From: an uncultured Candidatus Poseidoniales archaeon
GTDB taxonomy: Archaea; Thermoplasmatota; Poseidoniia; Poseidoniales; Poseidoniaceae
Length of the DNA stretch: 62,569 nucleotides
Direction: 5' to 3'
Assembly: GCA_902520595.1 (NCBI GenBank)
Contig: CABYOM010000003.1
Location: forward strand, 1 to 62,569
Shown: piece by piece, positions 9,161 through 18,205 of the stretch
Layout: each line of letters opens with the position of its first letter
Position numbering within the stretch: the first letter of the stretch is position 1
Translations under genes and position numbers: made by a program
Notes under the pieces: generated by a model
Seen by the model: only the letters and a program-made list of their open reading frames with translations
The model's database searches: none
What the model was told of the DNA's origin: nothing

Positions 9161-9967
9161 ATGGACCCGAAAGCACCTCGAATTGCTACGGCGTCTCTCA
9201 TACTTGGCGCCATTACGTGGATTTTAGCTGTTGTTAGTTTTGCCCTCAATCTCGGACTTGAGGACGGCTACGGTATCGAAGAGGTTCTTCTCAGTGTCAT
9301 AGGGGGTATCTTTTTTCTGGTTTCTTTTTTAGCATTCCGACCCCGTGAAGAAATGAAAATGATTGAATCGCTCTCGGTCGAAGAACAGTTTGCAGCAATC
9401 GAATCCTTGCCTACCAAATACAATCAGGCTTCAACCCAGACTGACCAGTTTGGCTTCGAAACACCTCAAGTATCTACAAATTCTCAAGCTGTAATCGCAT
9501 CGATTTTGGGTCAAAGCCGGCATACGGACGCAAATGAAATCAGTTCAGCGATGGCCGCGCTTTCATCCGGTGAATCCGGTAAATTAGCTGCTGAATCCGC
9601 TCAAAATAATCCTGCACCTCATGCCCAAACAGATCAATTCCGTGAAGTTTTCAAAGCCTCCACGACCACTGAGAAAGGCTTTGAAAGAATGAAAGTCGAA
9701 AACATCCCATTACCGGGTCAAGGTGACGTCTCGGCAACTCCAGATCTGCCCTGGCATCAACCTGAACATGAGTTTCAAACCTCAGGAGTTGATCACGTCC
9801 CGTTGCCGGGTGCGGCTGTAAAGAATTCAAAAGTCGGAGAAGTAGAAGAGGCAGAAGAAGTCGTTCCCACCATGCCGAATCTTGATGATTTGTTGAGCGA
9901 AGTATCTCCTAAAACGGTAGAAATACCTTCAGCGCCGAGTCTTCCAAATCTTGATGATTTGTTTTGA
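9161..9967 (+). CDS. hypothetical membrane protein with a low-complexity tail ending in a duplicated PNLDDL motif
   Basis: Two N-terminal TM helices. The rest is S/Q/E/P-rich, and the C-terminus is ...TMPNLDDLL...SLPNLDDLF. Confidence 0.4.
   Translation: MDPKAPRIATASLILGAITWILAVVSFALNLGLEDGYGIEEVLLSVIGGIFFLVSFLAFRPREEMKMIESLSVEEQFAAIESLPTKYNQASTQTDQFGFETPQVSTNSQAVIASILGQSRHTDANEISSAMAALSSGESGKLAAESAQNNPAPHAQTDQFREVFKASTTTEKGFERMKVENIPLPGQGDVSATPDLPWHQPEHEFQTSGVDHVPLPGAAVKNSKVGEVEEAEEVVPTMPNLDDLLSEVSPKTVEIPSAPSLPNLDDLF
9878..9963 (+). repeat. perfect 17-nt direct repeat AATCTTGATGATTTGTT, two copies 69 nt apart
   Basis: Copies lie at 9878-9894 and 9947-9963, in frame, each encoding NLDDL(L/F). 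Confidence 0.85.
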
Positions 9968-10011
9968 TTGAACTCCATAGTTCAATAGAGGTCGGGCTCT
10001 TGGGACATTAC

Positions 10012-10911
10012 ATGTGGACTGAAAAGTTTGACCTTCACAGCCATTCCACAAACAGTGATGGCCAACATTCAGTTAACGAAGTTGCTCGGATGATGGCAGA
10101 CTCCAATGTCGATTTTTGGTCACTCACAGACCATGACACAATCTCTGGTTGGGAGGGAGCGAAAAACGCCGCTGAAGCTGAAGGTATCGTCTTTATTCCC
10201 GGCGTCGAATTGACCTGTATGCCGGGGTTAGAGCCGAATGCGGATGTGATGAAAAAGCATCAACGAGAGCGTGCCTCAGATGCATGGCACCTGTTAGCGT
10301 ATTTCCCGAACATGGTTTTTCAGAGTGAGCAACACCTGAATTTCAAGAATTGGCTTGCCCCTCTCGGCGAAGGCAGAGTCCCCCGCATGGTGGCTATGGT
10401 TGAGAAATTAGCGGAACTTGGAATTTCCATTGACTTCGATGCAGTTCTCGCTCGAGCAGGAGATTCGGTCGGTCGACCTCACTTGGCTGATGAGATGGTT
10501 AAGCAAGGGTATGTTCAAGATCGACAGGAAGCCTTTGACAAATGGATTGGTGATGGCAAACCCGTTCACATTTCTCGCGAGAAGCCAAGTATAGTTGAAG
10601 CGTGCGAAGCAGTGCATGCAGCCGGCGGAATTACTTCTCTTGCCCACCCGTTGTACTACTGTGTGGATACTGACGAATTGATGATTTTTTGCCGTGATTC
10701 AGGGGTTGATGCAATCGAATGTTTCCATCGAAGTCATCGTGACTCATACCGTTTACAATTGTGGTCTGCTGCTAAAGAAGCCTCTCTTGGCACGACTTGT
10801 GGATCCGACTTTCACGGAATGAAGTATAATCAAAGTCCGGGACGCATGGCTGTTCCAACCTCAACATTGCCCCTTCAGTTGAAGGATGCACTTACTGCTC
10901 TTGGCGCGTGA
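10012..10911 (+). CDS. PHP-domain metal-dependent phosphoesterase (TrpH/YciV-like)
   Basis: DLHSHSTNSDG at the N-terminus, plus later GSDFHG. The ORF is open from a TTG at 9964; ATG 10012 is preferred. Confidence 0.75.
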   Translation: MWTEKFDLHSHSTNSDGQHSVNEVARMMADSNVDFWSLTDHDTISGWEGAKNAAEAEGIVFIPGVELTCMPGLEPNADVMKKHQRERASDAWHLLAYFPNMVFQSEQHLNFKNWLAPLGEGRVPRMVAMVEKLAELGISIDFDAVLARAGDSVGRPHLADEMVKQGYVQDRQEAFDKWIGDGKPVHISREKPSIVEACEAVHAAGGITSLAHPLYYCVDTDELMIFCRDSGVDAIECFHRSHRDSYRLQLWSAAKEASLGTTCGSDFHGMKYNQSPGRMAVPTSTLPLQLKDALTALGA

Positions 10912-11716
10912 GTGTATCAAGAATGAGGGCAGCCTCGAACAAAATAATCACTGGCATAGCAACCAAAAACAGCGATAGCGGGTCTGGTGGAGAAAGTAAT
11001 GCTCCAAGTAAAAAAGCGCTGAACCATATGTGGCGGCGATACGAGCGAACAGTTGTTCTGCGAACGATTTTCAGTCGTAGAATGAGGGTAGTGACTAACG
11101 GGGCTTGAAACCCGATCCCAGAAGCGACCGCTAGGTTTGAAATGAATCCGGTATAACTGGTAAGCCTCCATTCAGTTGACAATCCTGCAGCCTGCGCGTC
11201 GGTTGTCAAGTACTCGAGAAGCATTGGGATAAGCCATTTCCAGGCATACGTGACTCCACTTGTCAAAAGAAGAAATGCGACGATGCACGTCACAATCAGC
11301 GTACTATTCGGACGTGGAGATTGAACTTTGAGTTCCGCCAGGCGTTGTCGAACGGCCAAGTTTTTACTGGCTCGCCAACCACCATCAGCCACGAGTACAA
11401 TTACCATGCAAACCAAACCAATCTGAGCAGCAAGTTGGACTTGAAGCAGAATAAATTCAACAGGACTAATCACAATAATGTCAACGTTTTCAGGCAACCG
11501 AGTTGGGTCAATAAGCCACGAGATGAATCTCTTTGTCAGTGGAAAAGTAGCGATGAAGCCGACACTAAATACCACTGCAAGCATCTTGATTCTCTTTCTT
11601 AAGTACGTGCGTAATGAGACAAGAATCTCACCGCCAGGTGAATCAAACAACTCGTCAACAGCATTGACCAGCCCTTCTGCCTCTGCCATTGATGTATGCA
11701 GAGGGCTGGCCCTCAT
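10892..11716 (-). CDS. tatC: twin-arginine translocase subunit TatC
   Basis: About six TM segments with TatC-like segments (ISPVEFILLQ, SPPDPLS). Confidence 0.8.
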   Translation of the reverse strand: MRASPLHTSMAEAEGLVNAVDELFDSPGGEILVSLRTYLRKRIKMLAVVFSVGFIATFPLTKRFISWLIDPTRLPENVDIIVISPVEFILLQVQLAAQIGLVCMVIVLVADGGWRASKNLAVRQRLAELKVQSPRPNSTLIVTCIVAFLLLTSGVTYAWKWLIPMLLEYLTTDAQAAGLSTEWRLTSYTGFISNLAVASGIGFQAPLVTTLILRLKIVRRTTVRSYRRHIWFSAFLLGALLSPPDPLSLFLVAMPVIILFEAALILDTLTRQEQ

Positions 11717-11737
11717 AACACAAACTCATCACCAATG

Positions 11738-13195
11738 TCATTCTTGTTCCCAAAGATGTGAAGGTGTTGAGTCGTAGAATCTTCGATTGTATTTCTTCAA
11801 TCTCCGTATGCGATTAAAAACAAAACCAGTCATCCATAGGGATGCTAGTGAGAGGAATATCGCTTGCCCCATCAGGTCCTCTTGATAATCGTTTAGGATA
11901 CGAACTTGAATCACATCACCGGAATCAGAATCACTCGGATTATGCATCATGATGTAATGGTATACTTTTGGCGACTCGATGACTAATTGCAGTGTCGATT
12001 CAGGTTCAACAGTGAAGACCTCTCCAAGACTTCGGGCAATACTCCAGTCTATGGAACCGTTTTCCATTATTGGAGGCGCAAGGTCCACCATGATGAAAAC
12101 AACTTCCAGAGTAAGTGTGTCATCAAGATTCGTCACGTTTGAGTGAACTTGCATTCCTGGATCAAATTTTTGAATTATTTCAAATCTCGAATCCTCAGGT
12201 CCAAGTTGGAACGATACCCTCTCATCGACCGTTTCGGTTTGAACTTGAACTGCCATGAGGATGGTCGTGAGCATGAGCAAGGTGACGATTCCTTCGACCA
12301 ACAAATGTTGGCGAACTTTTTTACGCGTGAATCCCTTGAAGAAACTCCCATGGTCATTTCTTAATCGAGGTTGTAAATGATGAATGAATAATGCTCCTAT
12401 TCCTCCAATGATCATACCCAAGGGGATGTCAATAAGCCAGTGTATTCCAAGATACAATATCGTGAATGTGAAAAGAATGGTATTGATAAGAATAAACATA
12501 TGATAGCGATAGTGACGCCATTCCTTCAGAGTGATGCCTTTTTCTTTTACGTGCAGATAGTTGAGGAGTAGGATTCCGAACGGAATTGCAACATGGAGAG
12601 AAGGAACAGCATTGTCTAAAGGATCGTGAGTTGCATAAAATACACTATACCATCCTTCGTGGTAGAGAAGAGATTCCATTCCAGGAATCCAAGAAGATGT
12701 GACTTCAACATTGAAAAATAGATAGTAGGGAACTGCAAGTGCATAAATCAGTAAATAATTCAAGGTGACCTTATCGGTCATATCTCGATCACCAGTATAA
12801 GCAAAGTATACTGTAGTAACGTAAATTAAAAACAGATAAATGAAAAGGTAATGGAAATTGAGAAACGCTGTCAGCGTATCATTGAGGAAAAATTGTTGAA
12901 TGTGAAAAGTAAGTTCTCCTTCAAATCCATACACTGCTTCAGTCCAGTGCCCAGTCTGAGTTTTGATTGGTTCATTCAACTTATCCGTGAGCGCCTTCCA
13001 CCGGATAATGACGAGATATCCCATTGCGTGAAGGTAAAATCGCTGGTCATGGATGACTTGCAACCATTTCTTGAAAGGGGTTCTCATTGAAGGGTCGTGA
13101 AAGGTAAAAACCCAACAAATGAACGGAGTGAGAAGTAAGATGAGACCCATCATGGTTTGGTAAGGGTCCATAATGTCGCGATACAGATGAGCCAT
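11738..13195 (-). CDS. PAP2-superfamily membrane enzyme (PAP2_C / inositol-phosphorylceramide-synthase-like) with an extra C-terminal ectodomain and TM anchor
   Basis: Motifs PSLHVAIPF and HWLIDIPLGMIIG fit the PSxH ... HxxxD pattern of PAP2_C. It is polytopic. Confidence 0.55.
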   Translation of the reverse strand: MAHLYRDIMDPYQTMMGLILLLTPFICWVFTFHDPSMRTPFKKWLQVIHDQRFYLHAMGYLVIIRWKALTDKLNEPIKTQTGHWTEAVYGFEGELTFHIQQFFLNDTLTAFLNFHYLFIYLFLIYVTTVYFAYTGDRDMTDKVTLNYLLIYALAVPYYLFFNVEVTSSWIPGMESLLYHEGWYSVFYATHDPLDNAVPSLHVAIPFGILLLNYLHVKEKGITLKEWRHYRYHMFILINTILFTFTILYLGIHWLIDIPLGMIIGGIGALFIHHLQPRLRNDHGSFFKGFTRKKVRQHLLVEGIVTLLMLTTILMAVQVQTETVDERVSFQLGPEDSRFEIIQKFDPGMQVHSNVTNLDDTLTLEVVFIMVDLAPPIMENGSIDWSIARSLGEVFTVEPESTLQLVIESPKVYHYIMMHNPSDSDSGDVIQVRILNDYQEDLMGQAIFLSLASLWMTGFVFNRIRRLKKYNRRFYDSTPSHLWEQE

Positions 13196-13278
13196 ATAAG
13201 CCAGTATGATTCATTTATAGAGGAACCACCCTTTCCAAATGATAGGTCTTAGAAGGGAACGCTCCATGGGTTGACTCA

Positions 13279-14436
13279 GTGACGTCAATGTGGCAACAGC
13301 CTCCCGAGAACACACTTGAAAGTCTCCGTCATGCAATCCTGCACAATGACGGTATCGAGTTTGATGTGCGCCTGACTCGAGACCAAGAGTTGGTTGTTCA
13401 CCACGATGTGAAAATCTCGGTTCCTAAAGCGAAGCGACCACATTCCCTTGCGTGGACTGAGAATCATACTCTTGATGAATTGACATCACAAGGTTTCATC
13501 TCTTTCCGTTCGTTACTTGAAGATACGCAGCTTCGTTCAGAATGGGTCGAAAACGGAAAGATGGGTTGTATCGAATTCAAGAGGCCCCACCCTCGTGCAC
13601 TGTATGGAGGTGGATTTTTTGGTAAGAAACAACACATATCGCATGTTTCTATGATGATGGAAAAGACAGAAACGATTCTTCAAGAGTTTGAAGTACCTTC
13701 TGAAAATACGGTATTTTACTCCTTTCATACCGGTATGAAATCGTCTATTCAGTCTTCTAAAATTCAACGCCCTTGGGCAGAATTGGTCCCTTATGTACCT
13801 CCTTTTGGCAATTATTATACCAAAAGAATGAGATCTGGCACTCAATTTTTATTCACGTCTCTCGCTCGCCTTATTGAATCTCATCGACGTTCTGGAGCAT
13901 CGATGTCTCCCTGTGCAATTGAATATTTTTTGCCTCCGAAAAGCTTGATTCCGCTGGGTTTTTCTGGCGGACTACACGGCTCAAAAGCGGCAAGGTTGAG
14001 CGCTCAGCAACGTGGTTTTCCAATCTATGTGTGGCCAACATCACTTCATGTTGAACATGATCTACTTTCTGCAGGCCTTACTGGACTTACTGATTGTTCA
14101 GATCCAAATATGACCTGGCTACCATCTGGTCATGCACGCTGGACTCAACCAGGAACTCGCCCTTTAGATGCAACACAACAACAGAAACTTGACCTTGCCA
14201 CTCAGGAAAATCATCTTGACATCTTGCGCGAACTCAAATCGGAAACATGTCCATGGAGGGAATGTGATAATGAACGTAGAAAGGATTTAGTCGATATGTG
14301 GAGGAAAAAATGGCAATGGGAAAATCCAACAACTCAAATTCTTGAACAGGCAGGCGGTTCATCTCCTCCGTGGGAATCAATACGATTGATTGGTCATCGA
14401 GGTTCAGGTAAAACCTCTCGGCCAGTCTTCAAATGA
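13279..14436 (+). CDS. glycerophosphodiester phosphodiesterase (GDPD) family protein, atypical
   Basis: PENTLESLRHA...GIEFDVRLTRDQELVVHHD is the GDPD core. The HRG catalytic motif is missing at the N-terminus and appears at the extreme C-terminus (LIGHRGSG). GTG start. Confidence 0.65.
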   Translation: MTSMWQQPPENTLESLRHAILHNDGIEFDVRLTRDQELVVHHDVKISVPKAKRPHSLAWTENHTLDELTSQGFISFRSLLEDTQLRSEWVENGKMGCIEFKRPHPRALYGGGFFGKKQHISHVSMMMEKTETILQEFEVPSENTVFYSFHTGMKSSIQSSKIQRPWAELVPYVPPFGNYYTKRMRSGTQFLFTSLARLIESHRRSGASMSPCAIEYFLPPKSLIPLGFSGGLHGSKAARLSAQQRGFPIYVWPTSLHVEHDLLSAGLTGLTDCSDPNMTWLPSGHARWTQPGTRPLDATQQQKLDLATQENHLDILRELKSETCPWRECDNERRKDLVDMWRKKWQWENPTTQILEQAGGSSPPWESIRLIGHRGSGKTSRPVFK

Positions 14437-14438
14437 AG

Positions 14439-15605
14439 TCATTTAACGTGGCGAAGATTTTGACCTTCAGCGATGTATTTTGGCCTGTAAATTGGAAGGC
14501 CTTTCCCGTCACGGAATACGCTTCTTTCATCAACGATTTGGGCACCAATTCCAGAAACTCGAGCCCATCCGAAGAACGTAGTGTAGTAGGTTGGATCTGT
14601 CAAGCCAGCATGATGTAAAAGCGCACCACTGGCGATATCGACATTGGCATTTGGATTACTGATTTTCGGGTTCTCTGCCAACACCCGAGGTGCCACTTCT
14701 CGCAGAGTTGTAATAATCTTGAAATTTTCGTCCTCGGGGCAAATTTGTGAACCCAATTCAAATTGAACAGTAGCACGGGGATCTTCTGAGCGAAGAACTG
14801 CATGGCCAAATCCAAAGATTGGACGGTTCGCTGCCAGTTCTGCTCGAACGAATGCTTCGACCTCGACTGGATCGCTGGTACCCACCTTCAAGACGAACTC
14901 TAAACAAGATTGGTTTGCCCGTCCATGCAGAGGTCCAGACAGTGCATTCATCGCACCGGCCATAGCTGAATAGACCGTAGCCTTACTCGATGCAATCGCC
15001 TTGCCAGTAAAAGTCGACAGGTTTCCACCTCCATGGTCCATGTGAAGAACAAGGTAGGTCGAAACGATTCTCTTCATTTTTTCAGTATCTGCATTTGGCA
15101 AATCAAGGCATTGGATGAAGCGTTCAACCATTGAGAGCGAAGTGTCATCATTTGGGATATTTTCTTCACGGCCCTCTCGTATTCTAAAGATGAGTCCCAT
15201 TAGGCGGGGCATTCGTGCGATGAGATTGAAAGCATCATCTTTCCAATTATTGGTAGTCTCAAACATTCCAAGAGTGTGGATACCAACGCTCAGCCAGTCC
15301 ATTGGATGGCCCGATTTAGGGAGGGCTTTGAGTACAGATTCGAGGTCACCTGGAACAGCAGCACGATTTGATAGGTCTTGGCGAATTGCCGCTGATTGCT
15401 CTTCATCCGGTAATTCTTTGTTAAACAAGAGGTATATGATATCCTCGGGGTCAAATGCTGCGAGTTCTGCAATTGGGTAGCCGCAGTAGTGAACGCCTTC
15501 AGAAGGCGTGACAAACGAAGTGCGACACGTGCCTACAGGAATTCCTCGTAGACCTGTGTTGAGGTGCTTTTCAGTCACCTCCAAAAGCACCTCGTTCTTG
15601 GTCAT
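14439..15605 (-). CDS. gltA: citrate synthase
   Basis: Motifs HMDHGGGNLST, GPLHGRAN, GFGHAVLRSEDPR. The start is set at MTKNEVLL (ATG 15605); the ORF is open to 15677. Confidence 0.9.
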   Translation of the reverse strand: MTKNEVLLEVTEKHLNTGLRGIPVGTCRTSFVTPSEGVHYCGYPIAELAAFDPEDIIYLLFNKELPDEEQSAAIRQDLSNRAAVPGDLESVLKALPKSGHPMDWLSVGIHTLGMFETTNNWKDDAFNLIARMPRLMGLIFRIREGREENIPNDDTSLSMVERFIQCLDLPNADTEKMKRIVSTYLVLHMDHGGGNLSTFTGKAIASSKATVYSAMAGAMNALSGPLHGRANQSCLEFVLKVGTSDPVEVEAFVRAELAANRPIFGFGHAVLRSEDPRATVQFELGSQICPEDENFKIITTLREVAPRVLAENPKISNPNANVDIASGALLHHAGLTDPTYYTTFFGWARVSGIGAQIVDERSVFRDGKGLPIYRPKYIAEGQNLRHVK

Positions 15606-15704
15606 AGAATCTCCGCCGATTTCACCCACATACATCTTTCGTATAAAGGCGGCTCTTCTATAATCAATACTTTCCAACCCGTTCCCAAGTGCGCAGAAAC
15701 GGTC

Positions 15705-16172
15705 TTAGTTTCGATTCCACGCTGGCCATGAACGGAATCCCTTTGTCGATTCACGGTCAGCAAAGACATGGATGCGTATAGTCTCACCGTCGATGAGTAT
15801 GGCATCGTCTGTCGTTAGTCCGGGGCATTCTTCTTTGACCTTCTTCCAAGCACGTTCAGTCGCTAGATTTTCACTCCACCACGGAAATGCTGCACACTGC
15901 TGTGGTCGAACTGAATAAATTGAGCACTGCTTGTTATCGTCGAGATAAATACAAACATCATCGACCGATCGACTCTTCAAAACATATCGTCCATCAAGTG
16001 TTTGTCGGCAATCTCGTTCCAACCAGTCTTCAACGCTCATCTCATGACTTTGAGATATTCTTTCGGCATCACGCGGTGAAAGGTAGACTATTCCCCCTGG
16101 TTCATCACAGCACCTTCCACATCCTTCTTGGCAGGAAAATCCGACGCCTTTCATCCACCATGGGCCTCTCAT
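15705..16172 (-). CDS. YkgJ/UPF0153-family zinc- or iron-chelating Cys-cluster protein
   Basis: CQEGCGRCC near the N-terminus and C..L......C.IY..RP..C..FP later. ATGA overlap with the upstream gene, and AGGTGA before the start. Confidence 0.7.
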   Translation of the reverse strand: MRGPWWMKGVGFSCQEGCGRCCDEPGGIVYLSPRDAERISQSHEMSVEDWLERDCRQTLDGRYVLKSRSVDDVCIYLDDNKQCSIYSVRPQQCAAFPWWSENLATERAWKKVKEECPGLTTDDAILIDGETIRIHVFADRESTKGFRSWPAWNRN

Positions 16173-18205
16173 TCTTCTTCACCTGGGACGAGTGTTGTGA
16201 CCTTTGTTTTTTGAGCGAGGCGTATCAGTCGAGTGTCTTCTTGGTCATTTAGTAAGTCCAACATGTCTACACTTCTCGCATCAATATTCCATTCACCTTC
16301 TGGCTCGTGACTTTCGAAAGATTCGTTGACCGAATCCGTTTTGCGCCGACCAACTTTACGACGAGTTTTGGTTTGAAGTCCATCCGGTTCCATATCAGGC
16401 CATGGCTCACGTTCAGGGTCAAATTCGGTCAGACTCTGTTCCATTGAACGCAGTTCATCGGCAATTGAGATCAGTTCATCCATAGATGCATCAGGTGTGC
16501 GCTCAGACAGATTAACTAACTTATGCTCAATGTTTGCAAGCTGCATCGAACTCTCTCGGAGTTCCATTTCAAAAGCATTGATCTGAGAATCAAAGGCTTC
16601 GTCTAATTCTGTAAGGACATCAGCAGCAAGTCCGTAATCACGTTGCTCAATTTTTCCTTTACGGGCGATGAGGTGCTCTTCCCGCTCATGTAAAGCGAGG
16701 ACAGAAGGTGCGGCAGGGGTTGTATCTTCAAGTGCTAATTTTAGGTGAGCAGCATGCCGTTCATCAGCCTGTTTCCTCATCAAATCAATGTCCAAATCAG
16801 GAGGCTGATATGCATCATCGCCGATCTCTGGAAGTTCAGAATACAAATCGATTCCACCATGAACGGTGTCACTGTAAACAGTGTCTACAGCAGTTGAGAT
16901 TAGACGTGCAGCAATATCTTCGACTTTTTCTTGAACGCTCGGAGTAACTTCTGTATTTTCCAAAGATTGATCTGAAAGAAGTGCATACACATCTTGGCCA
17001 TCAACAATCTCTTGTCCAGAGTCAACAGCGAGGGCGACTAAATCGAAATTCGCTTTTGTTGCCCGCCATCCTATATCGTCTTGCAAGACAATGCTTTTCA
17101 GTTGAGCATCGTCAAAAATGAAACCCTTCTTTTGTGCCAAACTTCGAGCATAGAGGATCATACTCGCAACTTTTGGACTCCCGATTTTTACTGCTGCTGC
17201 ATGACGCGTTAATTCCCACAGTCGAGAAGTTGGCCAGGTATCCGGTTCTGATTGTGAGGAAAGTAAAACGTGAACTCCCATGTTCAGCGCATAATCGACC
17301 ATCGTTCCGATTTCATGGGCGAGGTCAGCATTATCTGCACATTCGTGAATGTCATCGATAGCTAGCAATCGAGCATTCACCAGTGTATCCTGCCAACCTA
17401 ATGGTAACTGGTCCATTCCAAAAAAATCAGTTGCCGACAATAAGTAGACACCGCCTTCTTGGCGACGTAAAACGGCCTGAGATATGGCGTGGAGAAGGTG
17501 CGAGCGGCCGGTTTCAGAGGGGCCGATAAACAGCATTGGGTTGAGTTGGCCCCCAGGTGAATCAACGATTGCTTCAGCAGCTTGCGTAGCACGAATGTTT
17601 TCATCGGTGGTGAACCACTGTTTGAAACTCATACGAATATCCGAACGCAAGCGAGTAGGCCATTGTCCTTCTGTAGGGACGACGACTTCATGGTGGTAAG
17701 GTGATGATCTATCTACAGGTGCTATTTCTGCTGGCAATGCGTGACTCACTCGCCCCCGTTGCTCATCGAGTATACGCTCCCAGACAGGTCGCCCATCCAC
17801 TTCCAATCCCAAAAATCCAATCTCCTCTTCCTCGACTATCTCTTCGAGCTGGTCGTAGGTTCGTTTCCGTAAGGAGCGTATTCTACGAGCAGCAATGTCA
17901 GACAGGGAATCTCCATTGGAGCGTAAATCAAGGGCAGGTGACCTGCGCTTGCTCTCTTTGCCCAAGACCTTATCAGCAACTAAATCAAAAGTTGGCCGTT
18001 GAGCGACACCGGTTCTCTGCAGAAGAGTGCTGCCCCGTTGGTCCGTAACATCCTTTCCAAGTAATCTGTTCATCTTTGATTTTGGACGAGATTTTTCTTC
18101 ATTTTTTGGAGGAGTCGATACGCGGTTAATACCTGAATCGGATTGATCAAGCCGTTGTTTCGCTAGCTCAAGAGCGAGGGCTAATTTTTCTCGGCGAGCA
18201 CTCAT
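16169..18205 (-). CDS. hypothetical protein with a central DnaA/Hda-like AAA+ module (degenerate Walker A), flanked by a basic disordered N-terminus and an acidic coiled-coil-like C-terminus
   Basis: NPMLFIGPSETGRSHLLHAI compares with DnaA NPLFIYGgvGLGKTHLlhAi. Walker B is LLAIDDIHE, sensor-1-like is VLLSSQSEP, and a lid-like segment follows. A GAGGAGGAG tract lies 6 nt before the ATG. Confidence 0.5.
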   Translation of the reverse strand: MSARREKLALALELAKQRLDQSDSGINRVSTPPKNEEKSRPKSKMNRLLGKDVTDQRGSTLLQRTGVAQRPTFDLVADKVLGKESKRRSPALDLRSNGDSLSDIAARRIRSLRKRTYDQLEEIVEEEEIGFLGLEVDGRPVWERILDEQRGRVSHALPAEIAPVDRSSPYHHEVVVPTEGQWPTRLRSDIRMSFKQWFTTDENIRATQAAEAIVDSPGGQLNPMLFIGPSETGRSHLLHAISQAVLRRQEGGVYLLSATDFFGMDQLPLGWQDTLVNARLLAIDDIHECADNADLAHEIGTMVDYALNMGVHVLLSSQSEPDTWPTSRLWELTRHAAAVKIGSPKVASMILYARSLAQKKGFIFDDAQLKSIVLQDDIGWRATKANFDLVALAVDSGQEIVDGQDVYALLSDQSLENTEVTPSVQEKVEDIAARLISTAVDTVYSDTVHGGIDLYSELPEIGDDAYQPPDLDIDLMRKQADERHAAHLKLALEDTTPAAPSVLALHEREEHLIARKGKIEQRDYGLAADVLTELDEAFDSQINAFEMELRESSMQLANIEHKLVNLSERTPDASMDELISIADELRSMEQSLTEFDPEREPWPDMEPDGLQTKTRRKVGRRKTDSVNESFESHEPEGEWNIDARSVDMLDLLNDQEDTRLIRLAQKTKVTTLVPGEEE

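Noticed and set aside
14395-14436. The HRGSG at the end of the GDPD ORF as the start of a second, separate GDPD gene.
   Set aside because: The frame terminates 11 codons later. The convergent citrate synthase stop is 2 nt away, so no room exists for a second gene. It is therefore treated as part of the same protein (permutation or remnant hypothesis).
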